Of a stretch of 64,000 nt of DNA, positions 52,019 through 60,076 are shown piece after piece. The stretch is from the NCBI GenBank assembly GCA_046290465.1, contig JBKAGP010000001.1, positions 5,440,001 through 5,504,000 of the forward strand, written 5' to 3'. Below the pieces are notes generated by a model. The model had not been told where the DNA came from and searched no databases. It saw nothing but the letters and a program-made list of their open reading frames with translations. Position 1 is the stretch's first letter. Each line of letters begins with the position of its first letter. The translations under genes were made by a program, and so were the position numbers. This DNA is from Planctomycetota bacterium. Its GTDB lineage: Bacteria > Planctomycetota > UBA1135 > UBA2386.

Positions 52019-52378
52019 TCAGGTCGAGGCCGACGTGTTCGACGTGTTCTGGCTCTCCTCGTGCTGGGCCAGCATCGAGGTCGCCATCGAGCTGCTGCGG
52101 AACGACGTCAGGCACGGGATGCCGATGCCGAAGCCCTTCATGTCGTTCTGCCACAGCTGGCGGCCGGTGGCGGCGTCGATGCAGTAGGTGTAACCCTGCA
52201 CCGAGGCGATCACGCGGTCGCCGTCGAGCATCAGCGCGACCGGGCCGTAACCGCGCGGGGAGCGCCACTTCCAGACCAGCTCGCCGGTCTCCCGGTCGAG
52301 CGCTGCGGCGCGGGAGTTGAAGGCGACGAAGACGAGGTCCGCGATGGCCGGCGAACCGGACGGGGTGGACGTGCTCAT
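52019..52378 (-). CDS. Small PQQ-like beta-propeller repeat protein
   Basis: ALDRETGELVW and CIDAATGRQLW repeats. Confidence 0.8.
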   Translation of the reverse strand: MSTSTPSGSPAIADLVFVAFNSRAAALDRETGELVWKWRSPRGYGPVALMLDGDRVIASVQGYTYCIDAATGRQLWQNDMKGFGIGIPCLTSFRSSSMATSMLAQHEESQNTSNTSAST

Positions 52379-52466
52379 GCCGCCACGTTGGGCTGCCCGC
52401 GCCCGTTTGGCAAGCGGGCTCCGCCGCGTGCGCGGTCGGTCGGTCCGGTCGCTCGTCGGATCGCCG

Positions 52467-54206
52467 CTACATCTTGCGGCTGCGCTCGAGCACGTCGGTC
52501 AGGTTGCCGGTCGCCGCCTCGACGTCCTTGTCGTCGAGTTCGAGGATGTCCTTCAGCGCGTCGACCACGTGCGGGATGTACATCGTGATGTAGTTGCGCT
52601 TCTTGAACTCGTTGGCGAGCTTCTTGCCCTTGCGCACGTGCGTGCCGAGCTTGCGGCCGCACTCCATCAGCGCGCGCTTCAGCTCCTCCATGATCTCGTC
52701 GTAGCCGGCGATGGCCTCCTTCGACTCGCTCGTGAACGGCACCCACACCGACGCGATGTGCACGAAGATCACCATCGGGCCGATCGGCAGCGCGCCGCGC
52801 GGCTGCTGCAGGCCGTAGTTCTTCCAGTTGGTGCCGACCACCGCCTTGGTGATCGCACAGGCCGACTGCTGGAACACCAGCGGCACGCGGTTGGCGAAGC
52901 GGATCAGCCGCACCGGGTCGTCCGCGTTGCCCATCAGCAGCTCTTCGTTCTTCTTGACCGACTTCTCGACGATCTTGCCGGTCTCGGTCATCTCGAGCGT
53001 GTCGCCGGGACGGCCGTAGGCGATGCCGACCTCGACCGCGAACGGGCGGCCGCGGTAGACGACCGGCTTGCGCGACGCGGCCTGGTAGAAGTCGGCTTCG
53101 ACCTCCTTCTTGAGGCCGGCGATGATCAGGTCCTCGCCGATCGGCGCGATGCAGGTCAGCGGCGGCGACTTGATCTTGGTCGCCTCGATCGCGTCCTTCA
53201 GCTTCTGCACGGTCTTGGTGTCGAGGCGCCGCGGGTTGCTGCCCGGGTTGACGCCGGCCTTCTCGCAGATCTCCTTGGCGACCGTCGGTCCGACTCGCGA
53301 GAAGTCCTGCTGCAAGAACGCGCTGACCGTGCGGTTCTCGCTCTCCTGGATCATCTTCAGCAGGATGCCGAGCTCGACGCCGTGCGGGTGCGGCTTGATC
53401 TCCTCGACCTCCTTTGGGAGCTCGTTGGTGTTGCGCACGTACTCGGTGACGGTGCCGTCCGGCTCGGTGAACGTCAGGTTCACGTGCGGGTTGGACACCG
53501 CCATCAGCTTGAGGAACTCCTGGATGCTGCGCTGGCCGCGGCGGTACTCGCCCTCCATCGGGATCGACACCTCGGTGCCGTGCTTCTTGTCCCACTCGAT
53601 CGGCTCGTCCTTGGCCTCCGGGCGGTTCTTGGCGGTGTCGATGCGGATCGTGTACTGCATCGGCACCGCGCGGCGGCCGGCCTTGCTGCGCACCTTGACC
53701 GGCTGGCCGGTGGTCAGCTGGCCATACATGCCCGCTGCCGAGATGCCGATGCCCTGCTGGCCGCGGCTCTGCCGCAGGCGGTGGAACTTCGAACCGTAGA
53801 GCAGCCGGCCGAACACGTGCGGCACCTGCGCCTTGACGATGCCGGGACCGTTGTCCTCGACGACCATCGTGAACTGCTTCTCGTTGTCGCCGATGCGTTC
53901 GATCGTGACCTTGATGTCCGGCAGGATGCGGGCTTCCTCGCAGGCGTCCAGGCTGTTGTCGACCGCTTCCTTGACCGCGGTCAGCAGCGCCTTGCGCGGA
54001 CTGTCGAAGCCGAGCAGGTGGCGGTTCTTGGTGAAGAACTCGCTGACCGAGATCTCGCGCTGGCGCTTGGCCATCGTCTCGGCGTTGATGGTCTTGCTCT
54101 TGCTGGCCTTCTTCGCCGCCGTCGGCGCCTTGTTCTTGCTGGCTGCCATCGTGTCGTCGTCGGTCGCGCCGGCGAACAGGTCTTGCTGCCCGGACGTGTT
54201 GCTCAT
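52467..54206 (-). CDS. top6B: DNA topoisomerase VI subunit B
   Basis: ISVSEFF.KNRHLLGFD, KEAVDNSLDACEE, EDNGPG, GSKF..RQSRGQQGIGIS, PHPHG, RFANRVPL, VPFTSESKEAI; alternative start at 54149. Confidence 0.95.
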   Translation of the reverse strand: MSNTSGQQDLFAGATDDDTMAASKNKAPTAAKKASKSKTINAETMAKRQREISVSEFFTKNRHLLGFDSPRKALLTAVKEAVDNSLDACEEARILPDIKVTIERIGDNEKQFTMVVEDNGPGIVKAQVPHVFGRLLYGSKFHRLRQSRGQQGIGISAAGMYGQLTTGQPVKVRSKAGRRAVPMQYTIRIDTAKNRPEAKDEPIEWDKKHGTEVSIPMEGEYRRGQRSIQEFLKLMAVSNPHVNLTFTEPDGTVTEYVRNTNELPKEVEEIKPHPHGVELGILLKMIQESENRTVSAFLQQDFSRVGPTVAKEICEKAGVNPGSNPRRLDTKTVQKLKDAIEATKIKSPPLTCIAPIGEDLIIAGLKKEVEADFYQAASRKPVVYRGRPFAVEVGIAYGRPGDTLEMTETGKIVEKSVKKNEELLMGNADDPVRLIRFANRVPLVFQQSACAITKAVVGTNWKNYGLQQPRGALPIGPMVIFVHIASVWVPFTSESKEAIAGYDEIMEELKRALMECGRKLGTHVRKGKKLANEFKKRNYITMYIPHVVDALKDILELDDKDVEAATGNLTDVLERSRKM

Positions 54207-54435
54207 GGGGGTGGTGGTCTCGGTTGCGTGGCTCCACCGTGTCGTGCTCCTGCGGAACCGCCGCTTGCGTGCGCACGTGCACGGGTCCGGGCTCTGACCA
54301 GCCCGGACCGGGCCGATCCTAGCGACGCGCCCGCGCTCGGGAAATGCGTTTTGCGGCGGTCGGGTGTCAGGGTTGCCGACGGGCCGCCGCGTCACCGGAA
54401 GCAAGGGCGCTGTCCACGGGCTTTCCAGCTCCGGT

Positions 54436-55380
54436 CTACGAGGCCGGCGGCCGCGTCGCGCGGCAGTAGAACAACTCGGTGTTGACGACGGCGTTCGGCG
54501 AGTGGTCGTAGAAGGCGTAATCGACATCGAAGCCAAGCGAACGCAGCGAGTCGTCGAGTTCCCTGCCGTAGACGCGGTACGACAGCGCCGCGTTCTCCGG
54601 ATCGTTGGCGTCACCGTGGTACTCGCGCTCCATGACGTAGTCGTCCTGCTCCGGGTCGTCGGGATCGCGAACCACGACGCGATGCATCGTCTCGTGGGCC
54701 TCGCGGGTGTGCGGCACGTTGAAGACGTATGCGCCGCCGTCGCCCAGCACCCGTCGGATCTCACGGTGTGCGAGGTCGTCGAGCCGAACGTGCTCCATCA
54801 CGTCGCTGGTGAGGATCAGGTCGAAGTGCCCGTCCGGGAACGTGAGGCGCTCGAGGTTCTGGTTGGTGACGTTCTGCTTGCCGTCGATTGGCGAGCCGAG
54901 TGGGTCGTCGCAGCGAAAGCGCGAGAGCTGCACGTCGACGCCGTCGATCGCGGCCAGCTCCAGAGGGATCGGATAGGCGCAGGTCAGGTAGGCAAACGGC
55001 AGCTGGGTGTCGTAGATGCGGATGGGCCGAGGTAGGCGGTGGTTGCGCAGTTCGCGCAGCGAGGAGGCCTCGACTCCGAGTTCTTCCGCGAAGAACCGCA
55101 GGACACCGCGCGCGACCGAGCGGTAGCGGCTGGTCGTGAGGCATCCGGCGCACAAGTAGGACTCGCGCGCCAGGGGCGTCTCCTTGCAGTAGAAGGCGGT
55201 CGTCTCGCCGCACACGTTGCAGGTCGCGAGCAGGCAGGGGGCGTTGCCGAAGCGCGCCGAGTGCTCCTGCAGGCGTCTGACACACTGCAGCCAGTCGCCT
55301 GCCTCGATGCCGCGCCCAGCCGCAGCCGGCGGTTTGGAGGGCAGCAGGAACTGCTTCATCTGGCTGAGGAGGCCTTTCAT
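54436..55380 (-). CDS. Class I SAM-dependent methyltransferase-like protein with CxxC/CxxC module
   Basis: CNVCG...CAGC; NLERLTFPDGHFDLILTSDVMEHV, EIRRVL..GG.YVFNVP. Confidence 0.85.
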   Translation of the reverse strand: MKGLLSQMKQFLLPSKPPAAAGRGIEAGDWLQCVRRLQEHSARFGNAPCLLATCNVCGETTAFYCKETPLARESYLCAGCLTTSRYRSVARGVLRFFAEELGVEASSLRELRNHRLPRPIRIYDTQLPFAYLTCAYPIPLELAAIDGVDVQLSRFRCDDPLGSPIDGKQNVTNQNLERLTFPDGHFDLILTSDVMEHVRLDDLAHREIRRVLGDGGAYVFNVPHTREAHETMHRVVVRDPDDPEQDDYVMEREYHGDANDPENAALSYRVYGRELDDSLRSLGFDVDYAFYDHSPNAVVNTELFYCRATRPPAS

Positions 55381-55487
55381 GACGTCTGCATTGCACGATC
55401 CTGGGCTCGGTGCGCCGGGTCAATCGCTTTCCGGGCGACGTGCCTGGCAGCCGACGCGAGCACGCGAGATCGGCTACGATCCGCGGC

Positions 55488-56648
55488 ATGGTGTGGAGAA
55501 CGTCTCGGGCGGCCGTGGCCGCCCTGTCCTGTTGCCTCGCGGCGGTGCCCGCCCAGGGCGGAGAGGGGCAACCGGAGAAGGGGTACCAGGGCCACGATTC
55601 GCAGGGCCAGAATCCGCAGGGCCAGGATCCGCAGGGCCAGGATCCGCAGGACGAAGATCTGCCCGCGGCCGTGCGCGCCGAGCGCTGCTACCAGCTGCTG
55701 CTGGCCGAGGCGTCGCGCCCCGAGGCGATGCACGTGCTGTGGCAGCTGCAGCGGGACGCCTTGCCGGTGTTGTCCCGTGCCGTCCGCAGCAAGGATCTGG
55801 CGGTGGTCCAGGCGGCATGTGCAGTGCTGCACGAGATCGGCGGGGTCGCGGCGCCGGTGCGCGAGATCCTGATCCGCGAGCGGCGTGGGTCGAAGGGGGA
55901 CCGGCGGCTCGCCTACGAGTGGGCGCTGCACGCGATCGAGGCCCGCGGCTTCACGTTCGCGACCTGGAACGGCGAACTGCTGTTCGTCGACGACGACGGC
56001 GAGATCGCGCGCACGCTCGAAGGCTTCGCCAGCGCGTGGGACGTGCAGACCCTGCCGGGCGCGCGCATGCTGCTGACGCAGGTGTCCAAGCAGGGCGCGC
56101 GCGAACTCGACGGCGAGGGCAAGGAGCGGCGTGCATTCGGCGGGGATGCCAACACGCCGCTGCGTGGCCGACGGCTGTGGAACGGCAACACGCTGATCAG
56201 CGACAGCCAGAAGGGGCTGACCGAGTTCGACCCGACCGGCAAGGTCGTGTGGCGCCACGAGACCGGCGCTAACTGCATGCAGCGCCTGTTCAACGGCCAC
56301 ACGCTGTTCGCGACCGGCGGCGGCAAGCTGGTCGAGATCGACCGCGACGGCAAGACCGTGCGTTCGGTCGACGTGCCGGATCAGATCTACGGCATGCGCC
56401 GCCTGCCCGACGGCAACACGCTGCTGGCGACGCGCGCGGGCGACGGGGTCGTGCTGGTCGGCCCCGAGGGCAAGGTGATCAAGCAGTGGCAGAAGCTCGA
56501 GAACCCGAGCGACGCGATGCTGCTCGAGGACGGTTCGATCCTGATCTGCGGCAGCGCCAAGGCGGCGCTGTTCGATCCCGACGGCAAGGAGCGCTGGAGC
56601 TTCGAACGCCAGTGGGTCGCCGGCGTCTGCCGCGGCGGCGTCTACTGA
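55488..56648 (+). CDS. Secreted protein with a short helical repeat and a beta-propeller
   Basis: Signal peptide, QGQDP repeats, then RLxNGNTLI...E.D..GK.VW blades. Confidence 0.8.
   Translation: MVWRTSRAAVAALSCCLAAVPAQGGEGQPEKGYQGHDSQGQNPQGQDPQGQDPQDEDLPAAVRAERCYQLLLAEASRPEAMHVLWQLQRDALPVLSRAVRSKDLAVVQAACAVLHEIGGVAAPVREILIRERRGSKGDRRLAYEWALHAIEARGFTFATWNGELLFVDDDGEIARTLEGFASAWDVQTLPGARMLLTQVSKQGARELDGEGKERRAFGGDANTPLRGRRLWNGNTLISDSQKGLTEFDPTGKVVWRHETGANCMQRLFNGHTLFATGGGKLVEIDRDGKTVRSVDVPDQIYGMRRLPDGNTLLATRAGDGVVLVGPEGKVIKQWQKLENPSDAMLLEDGSILICGSAKAALFDPDGKERWSFERQWVAGVCRGGVY
55602..55649 (+). repeat. 15-bp coding tandem repeat (QGQ[N/D]P)
   Basis: cagggccagaatccg cagggccaggatccg cagggccaggatccg cag. 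Confidence 0.8.
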
Positions 56649-57023
56649 CCGAACCGATCGCGGAGCGCATCCCCAACCGCATCCCGAAGCGCGCATACCG
56701 AACCGGGTTCATCCTGCGCCGGCGCTCCGTCCGACGGGCCAGCAGGGAGCCGCTGCAGGCCAGGCGGTGGGCCAGGCGCGGCGCGGCGCGGCGGGCCGGC
56801 CCCGTCGCCGCGGTGCCATGGTCGGCCGGCGCGCGCTGCTAGGCCCGCGCTCCATGGCCGTTGCTGGCCGAGGTTTGCGGCGTACCGGGAACCGGGCGGC
56901 GGCGGCGGCGTCCGCGCCGAGCCGCAGGGGTGATGCCGACGTGGCGATCGCCCGCTACCATCTCTGGTTGAGTCGCCGACCCCTCTCGACGGCCGATTGC
57001 CACTGGCCTGCCCCGGTCCCGCC

Positions 57024-60000
57024 ATGATCATTACCTCATCAAGGACGTATCTCCTCGCCCTCTCCCTCGGTTCGACCCTGCTGGCGCAGGCCGGGCCGCA
57101 ACCGGCCGACGCGTCGCGCATCGACATCCGCTATGCGTCGTTCGATCCCTTGCAGTCGGTTCCGACCGTCCCGGAATTGCTGCGGGCCACCAATGAAGGA
57201 GGTCTCTGGATCGTGCAGTTCGACGCGACGCCGACGCAGGCCGACCGCGACGCGATCGAGGCGGTCGGCGGCCAGCGCATCGGCTACCTGCCCGACAACG
57301 CCTACATCGTGCGCATGAACGGCGCCGCGGCCGACACGGCGCGCGCGCTCCCGTCGGTCCGCTGGATCGGCAGCTACGAGACGGCCTACCGGATCGACCC
57401 GGCGCTGCTGCAGCGGCGCGCGCACCTCGGCGCGGGCAACGCCCGCTACAACATCGTGGTCGCGGACAAGCACAGCGACAAGCCGGCCCTGGTTGCGAAG
57501 ATCGCCGGCGTCGGCGGCAAGGTCGAGGACCTGCACGTCGGCAGCGTGCTGATCGATGCGACGCTGAACGGCGCGCAGCTGGCGCAGGTCGCCGGCTTCG
57601 ACGAAGTGCTGTGGATCGACCTGTGGTCGCAGCCCGAGGTCGACATGGACAACGCCCGGGTCCAGGGCGGTGGCGACTACATCGAGGGCCAGGCCGGCTA
57701 CACCGGCACGGGCGTCAACGTGCATATCTACGAAGGCATCCAGGCCAACCACCCGGACTTCACCGGCGGGGCGACCAACGTGCAGAGCGGCGGCACGGCC
57801 GAGGACCACGGCCACGCGACCGGCGGCATCGTGTTCGGCAACGGCAACTCCAACCCCGCCGTGCGCGGCATGGCGCCGGACGCCGGCAAGTTCTACACCA
57901 ACTACAACACCGTCACGGCGTCGCGCTGGCAGGTCTTCGACGACCTCGTCAACATCCACGACGTCAGCCTGTCGACGGCCTCGTGGGGTGACCAGCGCAC
58001 CACCGTCTACACGTCGATCTCGATGGAGTCGGACGACATCGTGTTCGACCACGACCTCACCTGGACGCAGAGCCAGTCGAACGCCGGCAACCGCGATTCG
58101 CGCCCGCAGGCATGGGCCAAGAACGTGTTCTCGGTCGGCGGCGTGCAGCACTTCGACGACGCCAACCCGAACAACGATTCGTGGAACGCGGGCAACGCGA
58201 GCATCGGCCCGGCCAACGACGGTCGCATCAAGCCGACGATGTGCTCCTACTACGACAACATCGGCACGTCCGACATCGTCGGCGCAGCTGGCTACACCAA
58301 CAACAGCTGGAACCCGGGCTTCGGCGGCACGTCGGGCGCGACGCCGATCGTCGCCGGCCACTGCGTGCTGGCGATCGAGATGTTCACCGACGAGACCGGC
58401 AACCCCGGCTTCGGCAAGTTCGGCAACCCGCTGCGCACGCCCGGCGGCTCGTCGTTCGAGAACAAGCCGCATGCCGCCACGCTCAAGGCGCTGATGGTCG
58501 CGACCGGCTCGCAGTACACGTTCAACGCCAGCAGCGCCGACAACATCCGCGTGCACCAGGGCTGGGGTCACCCGGACCTGCGCGAGCTGTGGGATCGCCG
58601 CGACGAGACGTTCATCGTCGACGAGGAGAGCGTGCTGACGCAGGGCGAGTCGGACGTCTGGCAGATCACCGTGCAGCCGGGCGAGCCGTCGCTCAAGATC
58701 GTGCTCAACTGGAGCGAGCCGGGCGCCAACCCGTCGGCCAACCGGCACGCGATCAACGACCTGTCGCTGCGCGTCGCCGCGCCGGACGGCACCATCTACG
58801 TCGGCAACGCCGGCCTCACGGACGGCATGTGGTCGGTCACCGGCGGCAACCTCGACACGATCAACACGATCGAGAACGTGTTCGTGCAGAACCCGCAGGC
58901 AGGGGACTGGTACGTGCAGGTGCAGGCAACCGCCGTCGTCGAGGACAACCACGTCGAAACCGCGGCGGTCGACTCGGACTACGCGCTCGTGGTCATCGGG
59001 GGCGACGGCCAGGCGGGTCCTTCCGGCGCGTTCGCGAACCTCGAGAAGATCGGCATCGGCTGTGACGGCTCGGTCTGCGTCGACGCGGTCTACGAGTTCC
59101 CGACCTTCAGCATGGCCAACAACGGCCTGACGTTCGACTACGAGAACGGCGACTACACGCTGATGCAGGGCCAGGGCACCTGGATCCCGCCGGCGGGCAG
59201 CAACCTCGGCCTCGGCGACAACAGCGAGGTGATCCGCAACGTCGGCTTCACGCTGCCCTACCCCGGTGGTTCGACCGGCACGATCCGCATCTGCAGCAAC
59301 GGCTGGATCACGGTCGGTCAGTTCACCGGCGCATCGAACATCCTGCCGGTGCCGAACGACTTCCTGAACCACATCATGTGGGCGCCGCTCTGGCGTGACC
59401 TCAACCCGGCGGCCGGCGGTTCGGTCTGGTTCGACGTGACGGCGCAGCGCTGCGTGGTCACCTGGGCCTCGGTGCCGAACTTCTTCAACAGCGGCTCGTC
59501 GACGTTCCAGGTGCAGTTCTGGGCCAACGGCGACGTGCACTACGTCTACCAGAACATCAACGTGCAGGGCGACTACCTCGCCGGCTTCTCGATGGGCCTC
59601 GGCGCCGATCCGGGCAGCATCGTGCTCGCCAACAACCTCAACGGAGGGGTCGGGGTCTGCGGCACCAACCAGCCGGAGATGGACCTCGACGGCTCGGCGC
59701 GGCCGATCCTCGGCACGACCTTCGACCTGGTGACGACGAACATTCCGCAGTCGGCGCTGTTCGGCACGATGATCCTGTCGACGACCCCGCTGAACCCGTC
59801 GTTCGACCTGACCGCGCTCGGCATGCCGGGCTGCCAGCTCCACCAGAACCTCGACATCGCGGTCCTCTGGGCCGGTGCGGGCACGTCGTACGTGCCGTGG
59901 CCGCTGCCGGCCAACCCGGCGCTGGCCGGTTTCGAGGCCTGGTGCCAGTCGGCGGCATTGGCGCCGGGGATCAACGCGTTCGGCTTCGCGATCTCCAACG

Positions 60001-60029
60001 GCCTCAAGGTCACCGCCGGACTCAACTAG
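57024..60029 (+). CDS. Secreted S8 subtilisin-like serine peptidase
   Basis: Propeptide GYLPDNAYIV; HPDF, DHGHATGG, AKNVFSVG, GP..DGRIKP, GGTSGATP, LKALM; C-terminal accessory domains. Confidence 0.9.
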   Translation: MIITSSRTYLLALSLGSTLLAQAGPQPADASRIDIRYASFDPLQSVPTVPELLRATNEGGLWIVQFDATPTQADRDAIEAVGGQRIGYLPDNAYIVRMNGAAADTARALPSVRWIGSYETAYRIDPALLQRRAHLGAGNARYNIVVADKHSDKPALVAKIAGVGGKVEDLHVGSVLIDATLNGAQLAQVAGFDEVLWIDLWSQPEVDMDNARVQGGGDYIEGQAGYTGTGVNVHIYEGIQANHPDFTGGATNVQSGGTAEDHGHATGGIVFGNGNSNPAVRGMAPDAGKFYTNYNTVTASRWQVFDDLVNIHDVSLSTASWGDQRTTVYTSISMESDDIVFDHDLTWTQSQSNAGNRDSRPQAWAKNVFSVGGVQHFDDANPNNDSWNAGNASIGPANDGRIKPTMCSYYDNIGTSDIVGAAGYTNNSWNPGFGGTSGATPIVAGHCVLAIEMFTDETGNPGFGKFGNPLRTPGGSSFENKPHAATLKALMVATGSQYTFNASSADNIRVHQGWGHPDLRELWDRRDETFIVDEESVLTQGESDVWQITVQPGEPSLKIVLNWSEPGANPSANRHAINDLSLRVAAPDGTIYVGNAGLTDGMWSVTGGNLDTINTIENVFVQNPQAGDWYVQVQATAVVEDNHVETAAVDSDYALVVIGGDGQAGPSGAFANLEKIGIGCDGSVCVDAVYEFPTFSMANNGLTFDYENGDYTLMQGQGTWIPPAGSNLGLGDNSEVIRNVGFTLPYPGGSTGTIRICSNGWITVGQFTGASNILPVPNDFLNHIMWAPLWRDLNPAAGGSVWFDVTAQRCVVTWASVPNFFNSGSSTFQVQFWANGDVHYVYQNINVQGDYLAGFSMGLGADPGSIVLANNLNGGVGVCGTNQPEMDLDGSARPILGTTFDLVTTNIPQSALFGTMILSTTPLNPSFDLTALGMPGCQLHQNLDIAVLWAGAGTSYVPWPLPANPALAGFEAWCQSAALAPGINAFGFAISNGLKVTAGLN

Positions 60030-60076
60030 AGCTGATCGCTCGGGTGTTGGTGCGCCAACACCCAGTCGATCAGCTC
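60029..60076. terminator. Long hairpin between convergent genes (candidate bidirectional terminator)
   Basis: GAGCTGATCG-ctc-GGGTGTTGG-TGCG-CCAACACCC-agt-CGATCAGCTC. Confidence 0.6.
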
